DNA of 27,578 nt, taken from an uncultured cyanobacterium. Lineage in GTDB: Bacteria; Cyanobacteriota; Cyanobacteriia; Leptolyngbyales; Leptolyngbyaceae. The notes below the pieces were generated by a model, which saw nothing but the letters and a program-made list of their open reading frames with translations, was not told the origin of the DNA and made no database searches. The position numbers and the translations under genes are program-made. Within the stretch, counting starts at the first letter, position 1. Each line of letters starts with the position of its first letter. Below are positions 9,238 through 18,678 of the stretch, in pieces. The stretch lies in NCBI GenBank assembly GCA_963766075.1, contig CAVYAN010000046.1, positions 1-27,578 on the forward strand, given 5' to 3'.

Positions 9238-10785
9238 TCAGACCACAGGGCGGATGACGGTTTTTACGGACTGCTGGCTATACCAACTGTGCACTGCCAA
9301 CCGATTTACTTCTAACCAGGGTAAATTGTGCTGACGGGCAATGCTGGCACAGTCTTCGTATTCGGGTTGGACGTTGAGTGGCACGGGGTTTCCCTCTGCC
9401 CATGCGACTTTGACGCGGATAGGTCCGTAGGGGCTTGGGACAGATTGAATTTCGCGGCGGAGGATTTGGCGCTGTTGGTGCGATCGCCGAATGCCCAGGG
9501 TGGTCGTTTCCCGAAACATCACCGCCTCACAGGCGTCTACGGCGTTGGGTGCACACAGCACACTCAGTAGCACTCCCGGACGCGATTTCTTCATGGCAAT
9601 GCCTTGAGTAAACACATCCACGGCTCCCACGGCAAACAGCGCATCAAAGATATAGCCGATCGCTTGGGGATTCAAATCGTCGATTTGGGTTTCTAGCAAC
9701 ACGATTTGATCGCTGTAGGGGCTGGTAGGCTGGCTGGCTGGCTTTGCCAGTGGTCCGCTGCTGGGGAAGGACACGCTAGGACTGGCTGACTCTATGGCTT
9801 GGTGCAGCACGGGCGCTGCTGTGGGCGTTTCTGCGGGTGCTTCACCGAGCCACAGGCGCAGAATATTGGGGAGCGCTAGATTAATCGAGCCTGCTCCCAG
9901 GCCAACCTTGTGTAGGGTCATGGTTGGGGGTGGGCCAAAGCGGATGGCTAGGGTGGTGGCGATCGCGGCTCCGGTGGGGGTGACCAATTCGCGATCGATG
10001 CCATTGCTGTAAATTGGAATTTGGCGCATGGCCCACAGTTGCAGCACAGCGGGTGCTGGAACCGGCAAGCGACCATGGGCTGCTCGAATGCTGCCGCCAC
10101 CAGTGGGTAGCGGAGAGCAGTGCAAGACGTCAATATTCAGCCAATCCAGCCCCAGGCAAGTGCCGACGATATTGACAATCGCGTCTGTTGCGCCCACCTC
10201 ATGGAAATGCACCTGCTCGGGTGGAATGCCATGTACCGCCCCCTCTGCGGCTGCCAACTTGCGAAAGATGGTAAGGCTCCAAGCGGCGGCTCGGGGGGGT
10301 AATCCCGCCGCTTGGATTAGGGCTTCAATTTCGGGGAGGTGGCGGGTACCGTGATGGGGGCTGTGGGGGCTGTGACGGTGATGAGCTGGTGCCTGATCAG
10401 CCTCACTTGGACTGGCATGAGCATGGGCATGGGCGTTGGTATGAGCATGGGCATGAGCGTGGGCATGCCCATGAGCAGTAGTGTGGTCAGAGGAGGCAAG
10501 TAGGTCACTATCATGGTGATGGTCGCTAGGGTGATGATTGCTAGGGTGATGATTGCTAGGGTGATGCTTATTCGCTAGGTCTGACTTTAGATCGACGTGC
10601 ACCTGAGTGGCCCGCTGACCATTGCGCTGTACTGACTCGGCCCAGAGATGATATTCCTCGGCAATGCCTAATTTTGCGAGGCCCGCGATCAGGTAGTCTA
10701 GAGGAACCCCAACATCTACAAGTGCCCCCAGGCACATATCCCCGGCAATTCCAGTCGGACACTCCAAATAGGCAATTTTGATCAT
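9238..10785 (-). CDS. larC: Nickel-pincer cofactor nickel insertase LarC family (DUF111)
   Basis: [11 protein letters not shown], His-rich insert, [43 protein letters not shown] and PEYEDC motifs. Confidence 0.9.
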   Translation of the reverse strand: MIKIAYLECPTGIAGDMCLGALVDVGVPLDYLIAGLAKLGIAEEYHLWAESVQRNGQRATQVHVDLKSDLANKHHPSNHHPSNHHPSDHHHDSDLLASSDHTTAHGHAHAHAHAHTNAHAHAHASPSEADQAPAHHRHSPHSPHHGTRHLPEIEALIQAAGLPPRAAAWSLTIFRKLAAAEGAVHGIPPEQVHFHEVGATDAIVNIVGTCLGLDWLNIDVLHCSPLPTGGGSIRAAHGRLPVPAPAVLQLWAMRQIPIYSNGIDRELVTPTGAAIATTLAIRFGPPPTMTLHKVGLGAGSINLALPNILRLWLGEAPAETPTAAPVLHQAIESASPSVSFPSSGPLAKPASQPTSPYSDQIVLLETQIDDLNPQAIGYIFDALFAVGAVDVFTQGIAMKKSRPGVLLSVLCAPNAVDACEAVMFRETTTLGIRRSHQQRQILRREIQSVPSPYGPIRVKVAWAEGNPVPLNVQPEYEDCASIARQHNLPWLEVNRLAVHSWYSQQSVKTVIRPVV

Positions 10786-11047
10786 CGGTGCAGGGTGACA
10801 GGTAAAGATGCAGTGTCAAAAGATGCGGGCTAGATTGCCCCTTGCATCCTAGCGCTTTCGTGTATGCTCACATCCTTTTACCACTAAGTTTTTGCTGAGT
10901 ATTTCCCGCGTACTCTTGGGCTTACTCTGGGGCTGGCGTTTCCTTTCCGGAGCTGGCTGTGGGGTTTCGCGCGAATTTTACAACTTGATTAACAAACCCG
11001 ATTGAGTCGCTTTTTAACCTTTTTAACAAAAATATCTGTATTGATCT

Positions 11048-11719
11048 ATGGCAACTTTATACACACTGCATCCCGATACGCCCCAAGCGCGCACCATTGA
11101 AATGATTCGGGATGCCTTGCGCGGCGGCGCTGTGATGCTGTACCCGACCGATACGGTGTATGCGATCGGGTGTGACTTGGAGTCTAAAAGCGCAATTCAG
11201 CGCGTTCGGCAAATTAAACAACTTTCCAATGACAAACCCCTAACTTTCCTTTGTCCTTCCCTGTCGAATATTTCGCACTATGCAGCAGTCAGCGACTCGG
11301 CGTATCGGATTATGCGACGGCTCATTCCGGGTCCGTATACGTTTTTGTTGCCTGCGACTAAGCTGGTGCCCAAGCTGGTCATGAGTCCTAAGCGGCGGAC
11401 CACTGGAATTCGGGTGCCAGACCATGCCATTTGCCAAGCCTTGTTGGCAGCGTTGGGGAATCCGATTATTTCAACGTCGGCGTATAAAATCGGAGAGGAG
11501 GGGGGGAAAGGGGCCAAGGGGGGCCAGTTTCAGGAATCTCGTTTTGAATTATTTGATTCCCTAGACAAGCTCGTGGATGTGATTTTGGATGGCAAGACGG
11601 ATCCAGGGCATGAAGGATCGACAATTTTAGACCTGACTGAGGAAACGCCGGTGATCGTTCGGCGCGGACTGGGCTGGGAGTCTGTGGTGGAATGGGCCGG
11701 AGATGATCGGAAGGGATGA
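11048..11719 (+). CDS. Sua5/YciO/YrdC family threonylcarbamoyl-AMP synthase-like protein
   Basis: YPTDTVYAIGC, KPLTFLC, PGPYTFLL, GIRVP, ISTSA and STILDLT motifs. Confidence 0.9.
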   Translation: MATLYTLHPDTPQARTIEMIRDALRGGAVMLYPTDTVYAIGCDLESKSAIQRVRQIKQLSNDKPLTFLCPSLSNISHYAAVSDSAYRIMRRLIPGPYTFLLPATKLVPKLVMSPKRRTTGIRVPDHAICQALLAALGNPIISTSAYKIGEEGGKGAKGGQFQESRFELFDSLDKLVDVILDGKTDPGHEGSTILDLTEETPVIVRRGLGWESVVEWAGDDRKG

Positions 11720-12122
11720 GGCCCCGGCGATGGGAGGGGAGCTGATTAGATGAGGAAAAGAGCAAGGAAAAAGAAAGTTGGTAAAGGATGTATAAAGTTT
11801 CCGGCCCGGGGTGCACTCTATGAGTAGGGGTTCGTCATACCGTATAGCCAGATGAAAAACCGTCCACTCTAGGCTGATCATTTCACGGGCAATCGCTACC
11901 CGCGAAATTAAACTAATCACATTAGCTTTCAAGCCTAGGACTGTGTTTGAGTGGTGAGGTCAACACTGGTACTGCGATCGCCCATTTAGGAAAGTGACAC
12001 ATGCGCCTCAAAACCTCCCGGAACACGCCGAGTTTACCCTGTAGCTCCCCATGTGCCAGTTAACCCAGCTTCAATGTGACAGTTAATGGCCTCTACCGTA
12101 AATCTGCGTGCGCTACCGACCT

Positions 12123-13424
12123 ATGAACTTTGAAACTTCTTTCCACACCGTTCTTGAGTCCAGCCCCTCTCTGACCAGCCCCTCTCTGGCCAGCCCCTCT
12201 CTGACCGGTCCATCCCTGGGCAATCAGGCTCTGGTCAACCCGGCTCAAGGCATTTCGGGTTTCACCTTTGAAGCCGCTGACCAAGACGCTGCCGAACTAC
12301 TCAATATCCTGGATTTAGTCCGAATTATTGCGACGGAGTTACGGTCCGAAATTGCCAAGCCCAGCGGCAATATCGATCAGCTAGCCCACCGCATTGCGGC
12401 GGAAGTCGATCGCATCTGCCACCGCAGTGGCCGCATTCAAGCCTCTGAAGAAAGCCGCTCCTGGCAGTTGTCCCTGGCCCGTCATCGCCTGCAAAAGTGC
12501 CTGACCTATTACAAGCACGGTTCCAAGCGCGGACGGGTAGAACTGCACAGCACCTTGGGTTCCATGGTGTATCGCCATGTGGCTCCGACACGCTTGCAGT
12601 TAGGGTTTCAGGCCCGCTACAGCATGATCGAGGATTTCTTGCAGGGGTTCTATACCGAGTCGCTCAAGGCATTTCGGCGAGAGAATGAACTGCCGGAAAA
12701 CTTTCAGCCGAAGTCGCGACTGGAATTGGCAGAATACATGGCCTTTACCGAGCAGTACGCCAAGCGGCGCATCACTTTACCCGGTGGCAATAGTCAGCAG
12801 TTGGTGGTGCTGCGGGCACAGCGGTTTGGCCAGCGCCAGCCCCAGGAAGTCTCGGTGGATATTGAGCAAGCCCTGGGCGGTGGGGGCAAAGGTGAGGAGG
12901 CCGAGGCCCATAATCGTAGTCCCATTGCCCAGCAGTTGCGGGAGCGCACGGTGTCGGACTCAGTGGATTTGTCGGAGGCGGTGCTGCGCGATCGCGTCCT
13001 GTCGCAACTGGTGGATTACCTTAAATCCCAGGATCAGCAGCAGTGTATCGACTACCTTTGTCTGAAGATGCAGGATCTGTCTGCGCCGGAAATTGACGAA
13101 GTGCTGGGTTTAACACCCCGAGAACGGGACTATTTGCAGCAGCGGTTCAAGTACCATGTCGAAAAGTTCACCCTCTCCAACAACTGGAAACTGGTGCATC
13201 AATGGTTAGGGGCAGATATTGACCAAAATCTGGGCTTATCCCTACAGGAGTGGCAGAGTTTTCTGGATCAGTTGACCCCGGAACAGCGCCACATTTTGGA
13301 ACTGAAGCGATCGCAAACCCCCGATCCCGAGATTCTGCAAGCGATCAAGTGCACGCCCAAGCAGCTCCAAAAACGGTGGGAGCGTATGTTGGCCCTGGCA
13401 CGGCAAACCCGCAACCAAAACTAA
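12123..13424 (+). CDS. HetZ-related protein (heterocyst differentiation HetZ family)
   Basis: LARHRLQKCLTYY..GSKRGRVELHSTL, IEDFLQGFY, ELAEYMAFTEQYAKRRI and GLTPRERDYLQQRFKYH blocks resemble the HetZ family as I recall it. Start at ATG 12123 or GTG 12108. Confidence 0.8.
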   Translation: MNFETSFHTVLESSPSLTSPSLASPSLTGPSLGNQALVNPAQGISGFTFEAADQDAAELLNILDLVRIIATELRSEIAKPSGNIDQLAHRIAAEVDRICHRSGRIQASEESRSWQLSLARHRLQKCLTYYKHGSKRGRVELHSTLGSMVYRHVAPTRLQLGFQARYSMIEDFLQGFYTESLKAFRRENELPENFQPKSRLELAEYMAFTEQYAKRRITLPGGNSQQLVVLRAQRFGQRQPQEVSVDIEQALGGGGKGEEAEAHNRSPIAQQLRERTVSDSVDLSEAVLRDRVLSQLVDYLKSQDQQQCIDYLCLKMQDLSAPEIDEVLGLTPRERDYLQQRFKYHVEKFTLSNNWKLVHQWLGADIDQNLGLSLQEWQSFLDQLTPEQRHILELKRSQTPDPEILQAIKCTPKQLQKRWERMLALARQTRNQN

Positions 13425-13519
13425 CGGAACTAGGCGCGATCGCGCCGCCATGCCGTTCGGGTCATGGCACAGGTTTATGACATTACATAAGTTTGGTCCG
13501 CTACGCAGAGTGGTAGTTG

Positions 13520-13549
13520 GGGATGAGCGGTTGCTCATCCCTTTTTTTT
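13520..13549 (+). terminator. Intrinsic terminator after the HetZ-related gene
   Basis: Perfect 9-bp stem GGGATGAGC-GGTT-GCTCATCCC followed by T8. Confidence 0.88.
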
Positions 13550-13618
13550 GAAACGATCGGGTCGAAAACAATGTTAAGTTCCCTAACTAAATCTGCCAAT
13601 AGGTCGTATTCTCTATAG

Positions 13619-14958
<1,340 letters not shown>

Positions 14959-15009
14959 TTTCTTTTACGTCGGGTCTGTTTTACGTCGGGTCTATATTAA
15001 AGTCACCTT

Positions 15010-15075
15010 AAAACCACCCTGGATCTACAGCCGTTGCCCTACAGCGTCTGGGATGTCCGGGGTGATTTTGTTTTG
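15010..15075 (+). terminator. Long hairpin after eno, probable terminator or mRNA-stabilising stem
   Basis: AAAACCACCCTGGA (15010-15023) pairs with TCCGGGGTGATTTT (15056-15069) with one GU and one mismatch, followed by GTTTTG. Confidence 0.55.
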
Positions 15076-15774
15076 GGCAGCCAGCGCTGACTCCGCTTGC
15101 CCTCAGTTTCACAAATAATTTGAACTGATCGACCGAAAAATTAGCTCAGCCAAATAACTCAGCCAAATGAGAAATAACTCAGCCAAATAGCGTAAATTAA
15201 ATTTGTTAATGAGTAAACTACCCTGATTAGACCGCTATGGGTCCGTCTATGGCACATATCCCGTAAGGCTTTGTGCGATCTTCTCAACACCTGTGACGAT
15301 CATTCTTTCACTGTAGACTATACCTGAAAGTTGGAAAAGTTGGTATCTTACGAAAGAGGTGCTAATTATAACGCTAAGAAAATTAAGGTTACTAGACCGA
15401 TTTAATACCCAGCAATCAGATTTCAACCCGTATTGACCAGTACTGTCCAATCCTGCCCTGAGGCATTATTCTATACATCGACTCGATAAACGCTCCCCAT
15501 TAGATCACGCTTCAATTACAACACTTGAGTCCCTATCCCTATCCATTTTTGCCCTGACGCGCTCTGTGCTTTTAGGAAACCATTGACGCCAATCCAGAAT
15601 GTCGTCTTTCGGCCAACCTTGAATACGCTCCTCCGGGGTTGCCGCGGCTGGGCTAGTCTGTTTTCTCAAAGCGGTCGTCGTGACCAGGCCGTTTCTGATT
15701 TCCGAGTTCCTATTTTCTCTTTCGGAGAATTTATGGGGCTGCCGTTTGGCTATATTCGTGGTTGAGACAGAAAG

Positions 15775-18438
15775 ATGATTTCTGAAAATACCGCTGCCTT
15801 GGAGACCACTTCCGTCAGTGGTACTCAAGATGCGTTTGTCTTGGCGATGCAATCCTCCGAATTGAGGGGCAATCCTCGGGTGGAGTTTCAAATTACTGCG
15901 GCCAATCCTGCCTATCGGCAGTGGCTAGCCCATGCCTCGGCATGGAATTGGTTGATGTGGCTCCACGATTTTATGCCGTGGACCTTTGTTGAACTGGTCT
16001 TGGGCCATGCCCACCAGTGTATTGGGCAGCAGCGTCTCGTTGCCTTTGAAGCCATGCTGGAACTAGAACAACATCCCCTCATTCTCCGGACCATTCTCGT
16101 GCCGATTGTAGAAAAGGGGCAGGTGGTGCGGGTGATTGGGCTGTGCCAAGATACTGCCGAGATCCAGCAGACCCAGCAGGAGGTGCATTTATGGCGATCG
16201 ACGGCGCTGGAAATTGCCGGTGCCCCTGATTTTCAGACGGCCCTTAGTCGCGTGATGCGTCAAATTTGTCTGGCCACGGGCTGGGTCTTTGCCGAAGCCT
16301 GGGTGCTGAATCCTGCGGGTACGCACTTGGTCTGTAGTGAAGCGTGGTATGCCCAATCGGACTATAGCCCTGTGGATGGGGACTATACCTTTTCTGCTCC
16401 CTACTATATGCCCTTTCGAGAAGCGAGTCGGAATATCAGGTTTGCTCCTGGTGAAGATTTGCCGGGAAAGGTTTGGGTGAGTCGGCAGCCCGAATGGGTC
16501 ACCAATGTTTTTCGGACGGCTGTGCCCGGATCGCGCTGGTTGGCTGGAATAGCGGCGGGGCTGGAAACGGGATTGGCGGTGCCGATTCTGGTGCAGGGGG
16601 AAGTTGCAGCAGTCATGATTTTTTTCATGCGCCAAGTTTGTCTACAGGATGCGCGCTTGGTGGGGGTGATTACCGCGATCGCCGCCCAACTGTCTCCCCT
16701 CCTGCACCTCAAACAAACGGCAGAGGCGCTGCACCGGGCGGAACAAAAATACCGCGACATGTTTGAAAGTGCGATTGAAGGCATTTTTCAGACCACACCC
16801 TCGGGACAGTACATTACCGCCAATTCCATGCTGGCCAAAATCCTGGGTTATGATTCGGCCTCGGAGTTGATCGCCATGGTGACGAATATTCGGCAACTGT
16901 ACGTTGATCCGGATCGCCGGGATGCTTTTGTGGCTCTATTCCAGGATCGGGATACCCTGACCCATTTTGAATCGCAGGTTTATCGCAAAGATGGCAGTTT
17001 GATCTGGATTACCGAAAATGCGCAGGTGCGGCGCGATGCCACGGGCCAAATTCTGCGGTTTGAGGGCAGTGTGGAGGACATTACTGCGCGCCGCCATGCG
17101 GATGCAACTCTGCGCCATCAGGCGTTTCACGATTCATTGACGGGTCTGCCCAACCGGATGTTGTTTAACGATCGCCTGCAATTGGCGATCGCCAACGCCC
17201 ATCGCAATAGCCAGCCCTTGGCCGTGATGTTTCTCGATCTGGATCGGTTTAAAAATATCAATGACACTCTGGGCCATGCGATCGGCGATCTGCTCCTGCA
17301 AACCGTTGCCCAGCGGGTGGCCGCCTGTCTCCGAGAAAGTGACACCATTTCCCGGTGGGGTGGCGACGAATTTACGGTGATCCTGCCGCAAATCACGGGG
17401 CCAGAGGATGCCACCAAAGCGGCCCAGCGCATTCTGGAGTCCCTACGGCCTGCCTTTCACCTGGACAGCAACGAACTCTATATCAGCGGCAGTATGGGCA
17501 TTGCCCTCTATCCTCGCCATGGCGAGGATGCCCAAACCTTGTTGAAGCATGCCGATGCGGCGCTCTACCATGTCAAAGAGCAGGGCCGCAATGCCTACCA
17601 GGTCTATACTCCCGAACTTAGCTCTAAGGCGACGGAGCGGTTGCTGTTGGAAAGCAATCTGCACCACGCCCTCGCCCGGGGTGAGTTGGTGATTTTCTAC
17701 CAGCCCCAGGTCAATATTTCCACCTGGGAGGTGACTGCGATGGAGGCGTTGGTGCGCTGGCAGCATCCCAGTTTGGGGACGATCGCCCCCAATGTGTTTA
17801 TTCCACTGGCTGAGGAGGCGGGGTTAATTGGGGCGATCGATGAATGGGTGATTCGCACAGCCTGTGCCCAGTACAAATCCTGGCAGACCCTTGGCACCGC
17901 CCCCCATCGCCTGGTGGTTAACCTGTCGGCCCGTCGCTTCCAGCAGCCCCAGTTGGTCCCCACCATTGCCCGAATTCTGGCCGATGTGGCCGTGGCTCCC
18001 CAGTGCCTGGAAATCGAAATTACCGAAACCACTGCCATGCAAAATGTGGACTTCACCACGGCGATGCTCCATGACTTGCATGAAATGGGCGTTCACATTT
18101 CCTTAGACGACTTTGGCACGGGCTATTCTTCCCTCAGCTACCTGAAGAAGTTTCCTCTCCATACGATCAAAATTGACCAGTCGTTTGTTCAAGAGCTGCC
18201 CCTGAATTCCAATGATGTGGCGATCGCCCGTTCCGTCATTGCCCTAGGCCAAGGCTTAAACCTGAATGTCGTGGCCGAAGGGGTCGAAACCATCGAACAA
18301 CTGGAATGCCTGCAATCCCTCCACTGTGACGGCATGCAAGGCTACCTGTTCAGCGAGGCGGTGCCGCCGGAGGCCGCTACTCAATTTTTGCGAACCCACG
18401 GTCGCGCCTTGTCCATCAGCCGCGCTGATCTTCCGTAG
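15775..18438 (+). CDS. PAS-like/GAF/PAS/GGDEF/EAL diguanylate cyclase-phosphodiesterase
   Basis: HDSLTGLPNR, LDLDRFKNINDTLGHAIGD, RESD I-site plus GGDEF, EALVRW, EITET and DDFGTGYSS motifs, all intact. Confidence 0.95.
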   Translation: MISENTAALETTSVSGTQDAFVLAMQSSELRGNPRVEFQITAANPAYRQWLAHASAWNWLMWLHDFMPWTFVELVLGHAHQCIGQQRLVAFEAMLELEQHPLILRTILVPIVEKGQVVRVIGLCQDTAEIQQTQQEVHLWRSTALEIAGAPDFQTALSRVMRQICLATGWVFAEAWVLNPAGTHLVCSEAWYAQSDYSPVDGDYTFSAPYYMPFREASRNIRFAPGEDLPGKVWVSRQPEWVTNVFRTAVPGSRWLAGIAAGLETGLAVPILVQGEVAAVMIFFMRQVCLQDARLVGVITAIAAQLSPLLHLKQTAEALHRAEQKYRDMFESAIEGIFQTTPSGQYITANSMLAKILGYDSASELIAMVTNIRQLYVDPDRRDAFVALFQDRDTLTHFESQVYRKDGSLIWITENAQVRRDATGQILRFEGSVEDITARRHADATLRHQAFHDSLTGLPNRMLFNDRLQLAIANAHRNSQPLAVMFLDLDRFKNINDTLGHAIGDLLLQTVAQRVAACLRESDTISRWGGDEFTVILPQITGPEDATKAAQRILESLRPAFHLDSNELYISGSMGIALYPRHGEDAQTLLKHADAALYHVKEQGRNAYQVYTPELSSKATERLLLESNLHHALARGELVIFYQPQVNISTWEVTAMEALVRWQHPSLGTIAPNVFIPLAEEAGLIGAIDEWVIRTACAQYKSWQTLGTAPHRLVVNLSARRFQQPQLVPTIARILADVAVAPQCLEIEITETTAMQNVDFTTAMLHDLHEMGVHISLDDFGTGYSSLSYLKKFPLHTIKIDQSFVQELPLNSNDVAIARSVIALGQGLNLNVVAEGVETIEQLECLQSLHCDGMQGYLFSEAVPPEAATQFLRTHGRALSISRADLP

Positions 18439-18678
18439 TTGATCGGGCGGAGTTGATCTTCTGTAGTTGATCGGGTGGAGTCAGTTCGGGTTCTGGCCGA
18501 TCCTGGGCCAGAACCCGGTACTGCACGCTGGCAGGATTTTGACGGCAAGATTTTGAGGGCATGGCCGCTTCGGCCAGACTTCTGGGATGAACGATGGCTG
18601 CGGCTAGATTTAGAATTGCTAGATGCGCCAATCAATTCAGCGTTAAATGATTACTATCCCTGATAGGAGTTTCCACCC

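Noticed and set aside
11820..11855. PatS/PatX-like peptide upstream of the HetZ-related gene (MSRGSSYRIAR)
   Set aside because: It lacks the RG(S/T)GR motif, and I found no GGG-N5-CCC HetR site nearby.
15570..15650. c-di-GMP-I riboswitch upstream of the GGDEF-EAL gene
   Set aside because: Only a GGGGTTGCCG fragment resembles it. The GGCAAA/GAAA tetraloop P2 architecture is missing.
15247..15891. Short ORFs in the eno to GGDEF-EAL spacer
   Set aside because: No family motifs or RBS support, and one overlaps the real gene antisense.
15915..15985. Trp-rich segment WLAHASAWNWLMW in the N-terminal PAS-like domain
   Set aside because: It could be a short compensated frameshift (another frame reads MELVDV). 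This cannot be resolved without reads or homologues.
18475..18663. 62-aa ORF upstream of putA
   Set aside because: It starts inside a tandem duplication, has no recognisable motif and overlaps the likely putA promoter.
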